NCBI GenBank assembly: GCA_951406725.2
Contig: OX597831.1
Span: 27,342,001-27,406,000, forward strand
Length of the DNA stretch: 64,000 bases
Source: Octopus vulgaris
Lineage: Eukaryota
Direction of reading: 5' to 3'
Positions 1 to 11,959 of this stretch are shown here, piece by piece; positions within the stretch are counted from its first letter, which is position 1, and each line of letters starts with the position of its first letter. The notes below the pieces were generated by a model that searched no databases, had not been told where the DNA came from, and saw only the letters and a program-made list of their open reading frames with translations. The translations under genes and the position numbers were made by a program.

Positions 1-235
1 AAATTAACGTACAAGTGGCTGAGCACTCCACAGACTTGTATACGTCTGGACATAGTTCTCAGGGAGATTCAGTGTGATACAGAATGTGACAAGGCCGACC
101 CTTTGAAATATAGGTACTACTAATTTTTGGTGGCTGAGTGAAGTGGAACAATGTGAAATAAAGTGTCTTGTTCAAGAACACATGTCACCAGGAATTGAAA
201 ACACAACCTTACGGTCATGAGCCACTAAGCCATGA
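1..235 (-). mobile_element. SINE-E (different head, shares the SINE-D 3' half); runs off the window start
   Basis: Similar to 1481-1800. Confidence 0.7.
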
Positions 236-450
236 GTATTTACACACTCTAACCACTAAGCCATGAGTATTTACAACACTACACAACAGTACAGCTTATA
301 TAGCACTATTCTATATAATATATATATGTATGTATGTATGTATATGTATATATATACCCATGCTAGCATGGAGAACGGACGTTAAACGACGATGATGATG
401 ATGGATGATGATATATATATATATATTTATATATATATATGACATTAAAG

Positions 451-662
451 CAACAAGCTGGCAGAATGGTTAACACACCAGGCAAAGTGCTTAGCTGTAT
501 TTCGCCTGTCTCTACATTCTGAGTTCAAATTCCACTGAGGTCAATTTTGCCTTTCATCCTTTTGGGGTTGATAAATTAAGTACCACTTGTGTACTGGGGT
601 CAATTTAATCGACTGGCCCCCTTCCCCAAAATTTCGGGCCTTGTGCCAAGAGTAGAAAAGAA
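451..662 (+). mobile_element. SINE-B
   Basis: GCTGGCAGAA head, GAGTTCAAATTCC B-box, TTTGCCTTTCATCC...AAGTACC central box. Confidence 0.8.
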
Positions 663-668
663 TATATA

Positions 669-805
669 TCATCATCATCATCGTTTAATGTCCGTTCTCC
701 ATGCTAGCATGGGTTGGACGGTTTGACCAGGGATCTGGGAAGCCAGAAGGCTGCACCAGGCTCCAGTCTGATCTGGCAGTGTTTCTACAGCTGGATGCCC
801 TTATA
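669..805 (-). mobile_element. RTE 3' terminal fragment
   Basis: (CAT)n followed by CGTTTAATGTCCGTTCTCCATGCTAGCATGGG...GGATGCCCTT. Confidence 0.8.
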
Positions 806-909
806 TAACATTATTTTAATAATAACGGTAAAGTCAATAATGATTTTACCAGGTAGCCAGTGCAGCTACATATAACACTACTCTATAACATAAGTGTATA
901 TAACACGGT

Positions 910-1290
910 GGAGGTGCAACGGCCCAGTTGGTTAGGGCAGCAGACTCGCGATCATAGAATTGTAGTTTTGATTCCCAGACCAGTCATTGTGAGTGTTTAC
1001 TGAGCGAAAGCACCTAAAACTCCACAAGGCTCCTGTAGGTGGTGGTGGCGAACTTTGTTGTACTCTTTCACCACAATTTTCTCTCACTCTTTCTTCCTGT
1101 TTCTGTTGTACCTGTATTTCAAAGGGGCCAGTCTTGTCACACTCTGTGTCACACTGAATCTCCCCGAGAACTACGTTAAGGGTACATGTGTCTGTGGAGT
1201 GCTCAGTCACTTGCACATTAATTTCACAAGCAGGCTGTTCTGTGGATCAGATCAACTGCAATCCTCATCCTTGTAACCGACGGAGTGCCA
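910..1290 (+). mobile_element. SINE-D, tRNA-headed, full length
   Basis: A and B boxes; matches the copy at 20699-21075 throughout. Confidence 0.85.
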
Positions 1291-1299
1291 CAATATATA

Positions 1300-1330
<31 letters not shown>

Positions 1331-1480
1331 ACACTGCACTGTAAATCACTAGTGTATATATATACATATATATATAATCCTACACTACACCACTACTGTA
1401 TATAATATGCATATAACACTATACTATAACATTACAGTATATGATACATATATAACAATACACTATAATATTGCTATAGG

Positions 1481-1800
1481 AGCACTTCATTGGTTACAAC
1501 AATGAGGGTCCAAGCTGATTTCATGATCAAACGGAACAGTTTGATCATAAAATTAATGTGCAAGTGGTTGAGCACTCTACAGACATGTGAACCCTTAACA
1601 TAGTTCTCAGGGAGATTCAGCATGACAGAGTATGACAAGACTGACCCTTTGAAATACAGATACTACTCATTTTTGCAAGCTGAGTGGACTGGAGCAATGT
1701 GAAATAAAGTGTCTTGCTCAAGGACACAACACGTCGTTGGGAATTGAACTCATAACCTTACAATTGTGGGCTGAATGCCTTAACCACTAAGCCATGTGCT
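1481..1800 (-). mobile_element. SINE-E
   Basis: tRNA-like head, GTGTCCTTGAGCAAGACACTTT box, then the SINE-D-like 3' half. Confidence 0.75.
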
Positions 1801-1844
1801 TTCATGAATATTGGTATATATAGCACATATTGATAATAGGGCCG

Positions 1845-2235
1845 CTGACTGGCCCCCGTGCCATTGGCACGTAAAAAGCACCATGATCGTTACCAGCATT
1901 GCCTTACTGGCACTTGTGCCGGTGGTACGTGAAAAACAACATTGAGCGAGGGCATTGCCAGTGCCAATGGACTGGCTCCTGTGCAGGTGACACATAAAAA
2001 CACCATTTGAGCGTGGCTGTTGCCAGTACTGCCTGACTGGCCCTTGTTCCGGTGGCACATAAAAGTACCCACTACATTCTCGGAGTGGTTGGTGTTAGGA
2101 AGGGCATCCAGCAGTAGAAACTCTGCCAGATCAGATTGGAGCCTGGTGCAGCCATCTGGTTCGCCAGTCCTCAGTCAAATTGTCCAACCCATGCTAGCAT
2201 GGAAAGCAGACATTAAACAGTGATGATGATGATGA
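1845..2235 (+). mobile_element. RTE 3' UTR fragment
   Basis: Tandem GGCACGTAAAAAGCACC units, the terminal RTE UTR and (GAT)n. Confidence 0.8.
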
Positions 2236-2236
2236 T

Positions 2237-2741
2237 GTTGTATATAATATTACTCTTTATGGTTATGCTATATTACACCATTTTGCAATATCTCACATAT
2301 ACACACATATGTACAGATTGCAAACCTGCTCATATGCACACACTACACACTCAATATCTATATTACAAACACACATCCAAATACACAGACACACACAGAC
2401 ATGCATGCATGCATGCACACAAAAATACACACACGCACACAGTACATATCTATACCACACATTCATACATTACATAAACACACAAATTCATTCACACACT
2501 CCTACCACACTACATATATATATACTACACACACACACACACAAAGGGATGCACACACTCACACAAATACACACACACACAAATACATACACACTCACAT
2601 ACACGTACACAATCACACACAAACTACCTGACACACAGCATTGCTCTGTTGACCATAAGTTTACCTTGCCAAATTATTAAAACACTTTTTGGCATGAGCT
2701 TACTACAACAACAACAACAACTACTGCTGCTGCTACTGCTT

Positions 2742-2778
<37 letters not shown>

Positions 2779-3334
2779 CACTACTACTACCACTACTACT
2801 ACTACTACTACTACAGGCACCAGCACCACTGCTGCTGTTGCTGCTGCAGTTAGGAAATCCATCATCACAACTACAACCATCATCGCAACCAGAAATACCA
2901 CTCCTACCATGACAACCGCTACATTAACCATCACAATCGCAGTCACCTTTACAACAACCACCCCAACCACAGCAACAACAACGACCTACCACAACCAATG
3001 CCATAACAACAAACACAACTACAACTGTCACCACAATAATTACGACTACTACTGCTGCTGCTGCCACCACCACAAACAACGCCATAACAGCAACCACTAC
3101 CACCATCACCACCACAACAACAACCACTACTGTAATTATCACCACTACCACCACAACCAATGCCATAACAACCACCACCACCACAACCATCACTGCCTCA
3201 ATTACTACCATCACCACCACCACCACTACTACTAAAACCACTGCCACCACAACCAATACCATAACAATCACAACCACTACCATAACAATGACCACCACAA
3301 CTACTACCAACACCACCACTACTACAAATACAAT

Positions 3335-3366
<32 letters not shown>

Positions 3367-3370
3367 TCAC
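2237..3370. repeat. Cryptic simple repeats: CA-rich (2237-2640) and (CTA/CCA/ACA)n (2700-3370)
   Basis: Low-complexity di- and trinucleotide runs. Confidence 0.9.
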
Positions 3371-3587
3371 AACATGGTGTAAACTAGGTAGCTGATGATG
3401 AGTATTACTGTTGATTGGCTGGTGTCCTATCCAGGTGATTGGTATACAGTTGCCACCATTTCACCGCATCATTCACTTACCCTCACCTCCTCTCACTCTT
3501 CACTCTCACATCTCTAACATCCCAGCATGGCCACAGTCTAATGAATGAAGCAAGCAAAAGATAAAAGACATATATATGTATACTCTG

Positions 3588-3630
<43 letters not shown>

Positions 3631-3633
<3 letters not shown>

Positions 3634-4200
3634 AGTTAGTTAGTTATTTGGCTCAAAAAGCAAAAAGCAAGGCCATGTAGGGGGACATGGAGTTATGTAT
3701 AGGGTGGTGTTCATGTAAAGAGTTCAGGCCACTTGTGGTCAAGGGAGACTTTGAACTGAGTGGTCGTCGGCATCTTCACTATCTCTTCCGGCAGCTTATT
3801 CCACGGAACCGCAACCCGGACGGAGAAAGCCCCTCTGCCTCGATTGAGACGAAATCGTCGCAGATAGAGCTTTTCGGAGTGATCCCACAGCCGACGTTCT
3901 GGAGCAGGAGTGAAGAACAGCTCTTTCGCGAGGTTACACCTTCCGCTTATGATGTTGTGAGCAAGAATGAGATCACCATGGCGGCGGCGTTTTACTAGAG
4001 AATAAAGGTCGAGCATCTTCAGCCTTTCTTCATAAGACAAATGCTTGAGACCAAGAACCATGCAGGTAGCCAGCTTCTGGATTCTTTCGAGATGCTGTAT
4101 GTCTTTGAGGAGATAAGGAGAAGAAGCTTGAATCCCGTACTCCAATATGGGTCTCACCAGCGTGACATAGAGCGGTAGGAATATGGCAGCTGTGAGCATA
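3631..4200 (-). mobile_element. 5'-truncated CR1/L2-group LINE, ORF2 C-terminus and tail
   Basis: LYVTLVRPILEYG...LERIQKLAT...SYEERLKMLDLYSL..RRRHGDLI...FSVRVAVPWNKLP motifs; (CTAA)n 3' tail. Confidence 0.9.
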
Positions 4201-4437
4201 CATAGTATGTCTATAATGTGTGTGTGTGTGTGTACGTATGAGGAGGGAGTACCTAGCCACACTTCACTTGCCTAAAGAACATCTTAAGTCATCTAAACAA
4301 AGTATTATTCATTTGGAGCATGTAATTAATGATGAATAATTAATAATTAGGTCTGTGGCATAATGAAGTCTCTTTGATTTTCAAATGGCAAAAAAATGAA
4401 ACTGAAATATAAATTTCAGATCCATTCTACAAAGAAA

Positions 4438-4468
<31 letters not shown>

Positions 4469-5013
4469 GCATATGTTTGCAAGGTGTATGTAACGTGTGT
4501 AAATAATGTTTGTGTATATAGTATGTTTTCTTAGTTGATTCAATGGTGTGTGGGGAGGGATACAGTATTTTAAAACTTTTCGGTACAGCCCCCGCACCGC
4601 CACTAACACCACATAGGTGAAGGGGTGAAGAGTAGTTAGTGTGCTATGGTGGTCATGGTGGGGTAGGTAGAGACTGGTGAGGGATGATGGGTAATACGAC
4701 TAATATATTTATAGTAAAAGTCTTTAATCTCACTGTTGGGGGGATTATAATAATCTTTTCTGGCTAGATGATGATAATAATAATAATAATGATGATGATA
4801 ATAATCTTTTCTACAATATGCACAAGGCCTGGAATTTGGGGGAGAGGACTAGTCAATTACATTGACCCCAGTACTCAACTGGTACTTAATTTATTAACCC
4901 TGAAAGGATGAAAGGCAAAGTCAACCCTGGTAGAATTTGAACTTAGAGCAGAAAGACAGACAAAAAGTTGCTAAGGATTTAGCTCAATGTGCTAAGACCC
5001 TCCCAGCTGCCTC

Positions 5014-5049
<36 letters not shown>

Positions 5050-5177
5050 CCTTTCTACTATAGGCTCAAGGTGTGAATTTTTATGGTGTGGGAAACAATT
5101 GATCATATCGACCCAATACTTGACTGGTACTTAATTTATCAACCCTGAAAGGATTCTGCTAGCTCACCACCACTTTA

Positions 5178-5560
5178 GTACCTTGGATAACTGTCTTCTG
5201 TTATAGCCTTGAGCCAACCAAAACCTTGTGAGTGGATTTCATAGAAGACCTGAAGAGGCTCATTGTGTGTGTGTGTGTGTGTGTGTGTGTATACATATAT
5301 ATATATATATATACATACAGATACATGTACACACACATTCATATCTATGTGTGTGTCTTTGGGTCTCTGTTTGTCCTCCATCACTGCTTGATAACCGCTG
5401 TTGGTGTGTTTATATTCCTGTAACATAGTGGTGCAGCAAAAGAGACCAATGAAATAAGTACTAGGCTTAAGAAATATATCCTGGAGTCAATTTGTTTAAC
5501 TAAAACCCTTCAAGGTGATGCTCCAGCATGGACATAGCCAAATAACTGAAGTAAAAGAAT
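5178..5560 (+). mobile_element. SINE-A, diverged and 5'-truncated
   Basis: Family body with the central (TG)/(TA) microsatellite. Confidence 0.7.
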
Positions 5561-5837
5561 AATGATGATAATATAGATCAACATGATGATGATGATAATA
5601 ATAATAATGATTTCAGATTTTGGTACATAGCCAGCAAATTTAGGGGCAATTAGTCAATTGCATCAACCCCAGTGCTCAAAGGGTACTTATATTATTGGCC
5701 CCCAAAGGATGAATGGTTAAGCTGAACTCAGTGGAATTTGAACTCAGAGCATAAAGAGAGAATAAATGTTGCTAAGCCTATTGTCCAACAAACTACCAAT
5801 TGCTCCAGCTGACCACCTCAATAATAAAAATGCCCAC

Positions 5838-6123
5838 AGGCATATAGTGTAATGGTTAAGAGTGCAGGCTACAAACCTCAAGATTCCGAGTTCAATTCCA
5901 GGCAGGGCCTCGAATAAATAATAATAATAATAATAATAGTAACATTGGCAAAAATTACCTTAGGAACGAGAACTTAGGGTTGGGTTCAAAATTCCACCAG
6001 GACACCTGATAGAGGCTGGAGAATAAATCGGCTGAAGTGTTGTAGTAACAACAAACAAGATGAGGACATATATCTGTCCAATGTAAATAATGTACAGAAT
6101 TCCTCATCTCTAAAATATAGAAC
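5838..6123 (+). mobile_element. Second, more decayed copy of the hammerhead-bearing SINE
   Basis: Same head, (AAT)n linker and 3' end as 7595-7897. The ribozyme core is mutated (CCTGATAGAGGCTG...GGCTGAAGTGTTG). Confidence 0.65.
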
Positions 6124-6149
6124 AATAAAAACGATGATAATAATAATGT

Positions 6150-6430
6150 TTAACAATAATCTATACCACCAAAGTTATGTGACTGAATGTATTGACTGGT
6201 AAATTAGAGGTGATATAAAATGTATACCACAGAGAGATGGTGGTTAAATATTCCTGAGAAAGTTAGAGATAAAGACAGAATAACAATACTTGTAACGGTG
6301 TGGTCATGCCAGAGGACATGATTGGACACAAACAATGAAAAGTCGACAATGTGACCAGACATTGTTATTAAAGATTCAATATAATGTGTAATATGATCAA
6401 CAGAGCAAGTCCTATTGACATTTATTTTTC
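6150..6430 (+). mobile_element. Decayed Dong/R4-like LINE fragment (restriction-like endonuclease region)
   Basis: RWWLNIPEKV...PDIVIKD motifs, broken by stops and frameshifts. Confidence 0.55.
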
Positions 6431-6640
6431 TCGATTTTAATTAAAGATCTGCAAATATAGCAAATAGTGATTGTCATAAGCACAGGACCAGATATCCTGA
6501 ATGGAGGTGACACATAATTGCTATAAACACAGGATCACATGTATATACACACCAGGGGAATATAATTGCAAATGCCATGAAGCCATATATTTATTGGAGT
6601 AAGAAATATAATACTATTACCCATTGATATATATATATAT

Positions 6641-6952
6641 GCCGGTAGCACGTAAAAGCACCATTCGTTCGTGTCCGTTGCCAGCCTCGCCTTGCCCCCG
6701 TGCCAGTGGCACGTAAAAACACCATCCATTCATGGCCGTTTGCCAGCTCTGTCTGACACCTGTGCAGGTGACACGTAAAAAGCACCCACTACACTCACGG
6801 AGTGGTTGGCGTTAGGAAGGGCATCCAGCCATAGAAACACTGCCAAATCTGACTGGGCCTGATGAAGCCTTCCGGCTTCACAGACCCCAGTTAAACCGTC
6901 CAACCCATGCTAGCATGGAAAACGGACGCTAAATGATGATGATGATGAGGAT
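6641..6952 (+). mobile_element. RTE 3' UTR fragment
   Basis: Same UTR as 14108-14937, with three repeat units. Confidence 0.8.
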
Positions 6953-6964
6953 GATATATATATA

Positions 6965-7590
6965 AATATCAGTGGGTGTGTTTGTGGAGTTGTTAGCTAA
7001 CTCCTCCTACATCGTTTTATTGATTTTGATGAAACTTGACATGTGAGTAGAACTCATGTCTGGAAACATTTATAGCATACTCAAATTGTGGAAGAAAAAA
7101 AAAATCGATAATAGAGCCCCTGGAAGGGATCCTTATATATAGCCAAGGGATATAACCCATTCATTTTCCTAAAATATTTGGTAAAAATGAAATTGAGTAT
7201 GCGTATTTCTTAGTATTTGAACTGTTAGAGTTATTTTTGCAATTTATCCAGCACAATCCTTAAACAAATAATAGGTCCACTTCTTAAATAATAGATCCAC
7301 TTTCCTAAATAATAGAGCCACTTATTTTGGTTAGTGACTTATTCACAAATATACCAACACTAGCGCCCCTGAGGGTAATATTCTCTGGGAACACACAAAA
7401 GCCCTTTTCAGAGACATTTACTTTAAATTGTTATCATCTCATATCTGATTAGCCTGTTATTATGCAACATGCTTCACGATTTTAGTATACATACCTTATT
7501 AGTATTTCCTCTTATGTTCTATATACTTTGGGAATGCATTAAAGCCCCTTTCAGGGTTACTTTATTTGAATTCTTATTATTGGGTAACTA
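6965..7590 (+). mobile_element. Probable non-autonomous DNA element (DINE/Helitron-like)
   Basis: AACTCCTCCTAC...GATTTTGATGAAACTTG motif and a triple ~21-bp internal tandem repeat at about 7266-7325; ends not resolved. Confidence 0.3.
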
Positions 7591-7594
7591 ATTT

Positions 7595-7897
7595 CATACT
7601 GTTCTATATTTAAGAGATGAGGAATTATGTACATTATTTGAATTATTTAGAATATTAACATTCGATGGATAGTTGTCCTCATCTTGTTTATTGTTAGCAC
7701 AACGTTTCGGCTGATATACCCTCCAGCCTTCTTCAGGTGTCTTGTGGAAATTTCGAACCTGGGTAGTCATTCCTAAGGTATTTTTTGATGTTGTTATTAT
7801 TATTATTATTATTATTGTTGTTTGGGTCACTGCTTGGAATTGAACTCAGAATCTTGGTGTTAATAGCCCACACTCTTAACCATGACGCCATATGCCA
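7595..7897 (-). mobile_element. tRNA-headed SINE-like element with a hammerhead-bearing 3' region
   Basis: A-box TGGCGTCATGG, B-box GAGTTCAATTCC, internal (AAT)n, hammerhead, and 3' end ...CTCTTAAATATAGAAC shared with the copy at 5838-6123. Confidence 0.7.
7698..7739 (-). ncRNA. Minimal (Penelope-type) hammerhead ribozyme motif
   Basis: Minus strand reads CAC-CUGAAGA-A-GGCUG(10 nt loop)CAGCC-GAAA-CG-UU-GUG. It has the core CUGANGA and GAAA, a 5-bp helix II, palindromic ACGU in place of helix III, and a 3-bp stem I. Confidence 0.65.
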
Positions 7898-8116
7898 CCA
7901 TATATAGGTACAAGGCCAAATACAATGGTGAAAGTATATAACCAATGTCATTAAACAAGGACTTATTTCCCTGTTTACTTTATGTCACAATTGGTAAACA
8001 ACATGGCTATTGGTCAAAGGTTTCCAAGAGACAACCAATCACTGGCTTATAAAACTAACCAGAGTGAAGTAAGGAACACTTCCTCACATAACTTTCCTCC
8101 ATATTGCTCAATCCAT

Positions 8117-8176
<60 letters not shown>

Positions 8177-8873
8177 ACAGGCTTCCATCATATTACAGAA
8201 GCAGTCAGTATCCATGAAAATCTTGCTGTATCACGGGATTTCATGATTGGAAATGTATTTTTCATACACTTCCATGTAACATGAAAGTCAACAGGGAAAT
8301 AAATTTTGGCATCACAAATTCACAAAGTTGCATGTTTATGGCAAGATCTGTTAGAAATGCGACACTTTCAGAATATAGGCAACATCAGAATAACATATAA
8401 ATGGAAATAAACACGTACACACACACACACACACACACATGCATGCAACTAAATATATATATTTACACACATTAATACATACACATATATGTAAATATAT
8501 ATGGACACACATACACACATATACATGTGCATGTAAATATATATATATATATAAATATTTACATTCATGTATGTGTACATGAAATATTTATATGTACACA
8601 CGCGGATATATACACATTCATAAGCATGTAGATACACACGCAAATAAATATATGTATATGTATACAAATATGCATATGTCCATATGTGTACGTGAAATAT
8701 TTATATATACACACGCGGATATATACACATTCATAAGCATGTAGATACACACGCAAATAAATATACGTATATGTATACAAATATGCATATGTTCATATGT
8801 GTATGTACATATATATGTGTGTATACATTCATATATGTGGACATGTCTGTATATATATATATATATATATATA

Positions 8874-9100
8874 CAGTAATCCCTCAGCATATCACGGTTC
8901 ACCTATCATGATGGTTTATTATTTAAGCTTGCATCGATTGCTCTATGGTGTTTTGCATTCGTAATAAAATAAATATATACAAATTATCAAAATTATAATA
9001 AATATACAGTACAGTACTGTTCCTACTTTGCGGATTTTCACCTATCACAGTGGGGGCAGGGGTTTGGAATGTAACAACCACGAGAGTCGAGGGATTACAG
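8874..9100. mobile_element. Tigger/pogo-type MITE
   Basis: TIRs CAGTAATCCCTC and GAGGGATTACAG (11/12 match), TA on both sides, subterminal CACCTATC repeats. Confidence 0.75.
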
Positions 9101-9184
9101 TATTCCTAAATACATATATACACATGTATGTACATGTAAATATATATACACGCATATATACATGTAAATATATATATATATAGA

Positions 9185-9350
9185 GAGAGAGTTCATGATA
9201 AAAACAAAAGACGAAGACAGGTGGTGTAGAAAACAAAGAGATGTGTTAGTATAACGCTCAGGAATTGAAAAAGTCTTTTACGTTTCGAGCCTACGCTCTT
9301 CTACAGAAAGGGACACAGAAAAAAAAACAAGGCGAGAAACAAGGAGAGAA
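9185..9350 (-). mobile_element. Short Penelope-like remnant with a variant hammerhead motif (9275-9310)
   Basis: Minus strand CUUU-CUGUAGA-A-GAGC(GUAG)GCUC-GAAA-CG-UA-AAAG; element flanked by (TA)n. Related copies at 21440-21612 and 38640-38725. Confidence 0.55.
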
Positions 9351-9734
9351 AAAATATATATATACACATGCATGTTTGAACCTAAAACATAAAAGGCCAT
9401 AACAAAATACTGATTTCAAATTTTGGCACAAGGCCAGCAATTACAGGGGTGTGAGTAAGCCAATTACACTGACCCGTTTTCAGCTGGTCCTTCTTTTATC
9501 AACCATGAAAGGATGAAATGTATAGTCAAATCCTTGGTAGGATTTGAACTCAGAATGTAAAGATGGATGATACATCCCGAAGCATTTTGCCTGGCTTACT
9601 AACGATTCTGTCTTAGAGCCATAACAAGATATTGCTTCTGACATTTAAACAATTCTGTCAGTCTACCACCTCAATGACAACAACAACATCCACAACAACA
9701 CCAACAATGGAGGGATGAAAACAATTGAACTTAC

Positions 9735-9833
9735 AACATTTTTGGTTGAAATGAATAAATCATCAAAACTGAAGTAGCCACTGGCCATGGTTTCGAAGAA
9801 TCCACCGACCCCAAAATCCTGTTTGGTAAAAAC
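9735..9833 (-). CDS. Coding exon VFTKQDFGVGGFFETMASGYFSFDDLFISTKNV of the same gene
   Basis: Acceptor cgcttcag and consensus donor GTT|GTAAGT. 99 nt, phase 0 to 0, in frame with the 11907-11959 exon. Confidence 0.7.
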
Positions 9834-10789
9834 CTGAAGCGAGTTTATATCGCGCCAACAACAACCATAGCAAAGGTTCAGTGGAGGGCAACTTCGAACA
9901 TATTGCACTGAACACAGCAGGGGTTTTAGTGTGCACACATGGAAGTGGGGGGGTGGTGAATCATATAGCACCAATCATAGCGGGGTTTAGGGTTAGTAGT
10001 CATGGTGGTGATGGTGTGGGGGGGTAGTTCAAATTGTACCAATCACAGCAAGGTTCAAATAATTTATGGAGGGATGTGTTTGTGTGTGTGTATGTGTGTG
10101 TATGATAGATTTAATCCCAAATCTGTTTAGAAGATAATCCAGGGATCTAAATCCATCTCCTCTGGATAAACCCCTTATTATTTGTTTAATCATTAACTGA
10201 TGGAATTTATAAACTAACCAAAAATAAAGGGATTTGTCTTAGCTGTTTGTTTGTTTGTTTGTTGTGTATTTTGCTGTCTTTATTGTTTGCTTGTTTTTTT
10301 TAATAAATCCATATTTGTTAGAGTTCAGAGATTAGAAATTTATGTGTGTATACACACACACACATACATATATATACACACACATATGCATTCAGACATA
10401 TGAACATGCATACATAGATGCATGCACGCATGCATATTTGCATGGATACATACATACACACATATACACATGCAAACACGCATACATACATATGCACATA
10501 TACTCATCTACATATATATAGATACATACACCCATATGTACAAGTAGATGCACATACATACATATGCACATATATACACACATATGTACACTTACATACA
10601 TACATACATACACATATAGCTGCTGATGTGGCTGAGTGGTAAGAAGTTTGTTTTCCAATCAAATGGTTCTGGGTTCAGTTCCATTGTGTGGCACTTTGGG
10701 CAAGTGTCTTCCATTATAGTCCTGGGCCAATCAATACCTTGTGAGTGATCGACAGAAACTGAAAGAAGCCCATTGTGTGTATGTGTGTG

Positions 10790-11085
10790 ATAGAGTCTCC
10801 CATCGAAGATGACGTATGAGCATTCAGCTTTGCCAAACGACCTGCACAAATGATTTGCTTATTGTGATCAACTGTTTTGTGCTGTAGATTAGCTTACTCT
10901 CTCCATCAAATTGACATTGTTTGAACAGGTGCACCGTGTACCATGTGTCAAATATAGAAGTGATCGCAGAACAACGCAAGCCGAAGTGCTTTTCTTAAGA
11001 ACACAATGCACTACTCGGTCTAGGAATTGAAATCACGATCACTATATTGTCAGCGCAACACCCTAACTTCTAAGCCACGTGCCCA
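10790..11085 (-). mobile_element. tRNA-headed SINE, same family as 21122-21420 (+)
   Basis: Shared head and AAATCATTTGT body. Confidence 0.6.
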
Positions 11086-11125
11086 TATATATATATATAT
11101 ATATATTAAATATACAAGGATATTA

Positions 11126-11480
11126 TTCTCTTTTACTCTCTTTTACTTGTTTCAGTCATTTGACTGGCCATGCTGGAGCACTGCCTTTAGTTGAGCAAAT
11201 CAACCCCAGGATTTATTTTTTGTAAGCCTACTACTTATTCCATCGGTCTCTTTTGCCAAACCGCTAAGTTACGGGGTTGCAAACACACTAGCATTACTTG
11301 TCTCTCTCTGTCTTTCACACACACACATACACATGATGAGCATCTTTCAGTTTCCGTCTACCAAATTCATTCACAAAACTTCGGTTGGCCTGCAGAAGAC
11401 ACTTGTCCAAGGTGCTATGCCGTGGGATTGAACACAAGACCACATAGTTGGGAGGTTAGCTTCTTAACCACACTTCCACA
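11126..11480 (-). mobile_element. SINE-A
   Basis: Tail CTCTTTTACTTGTTTCAG and family body. Confidence 0.8.
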
Positions 11481-11906
11481 TTTGGAAACATTTGAGAGAG
11501 TTCAATTTCTTTTTTTTATTTCATTACATGCAATATATTAGCTTCCAACTTAACTATATGTTGTTCAAGCTGAAGACGTCCCTTGGCTATTTCCCTACCA
11601 CCACCTCCACTTCCTCCTCCCAATCATTCTTTTGCATTATATTGTGTCACATGCCTTTAGTTAGAGATACAGTTAAGGACAGTGTCTGAGCTTTGGTACC
11701 TATTTATAGCAAGGAGTATAGGGGCCATTTGAGAATGTAGGTTAGATTTGAACCAGAGACAGAGAACAGAGCTGTTGAGTGGATGTGAACCATTGACCTC
11801 ATCACTCAACCTCTCAGTATCCAGCCCTCTACCAACTTAGCCATTTCTTGTGACAATTTATGAGATTACAATAGATAAGTAGAGAGAAACTGTAGGGTTT
11901 ACTTAC

Positions 11907-11959
11907 ATCCTCTTGACATGCTCGGTACTTGACAAATACATCCTCGTATGTATCAGCAA
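11907..11959 (-). CDS. Coding exon (V)ADTYEDVFVKYRACQED of an unidentified minus-strand gene
   Basis: Long polypyrimidine tract (tc)n-tttttctctctcttcag and consensus donor GAT|GTAAGT. 53 nt, phase 1 to 0, open frame. Confidence 0.75.

Noticed and set aside
2649-3370. Poly-Thr/Val/Leu/His ORFs suggesting a mucin-like exon (also 46466-46901)
   Set aside because: Cryptic triplet repeats open on both strands, with no convincing splice sites.
8280-8390. VAFLTDL resembling hAT/SPIN transposase text (also LDIAFLMTHI at ~59980)
   Set aside because: The motif is too short to support a call.
10872-10900. Minus-strand donor-like GA|GTAAGC
   Set aside because: It lies inside a SINE body (10790-11085).
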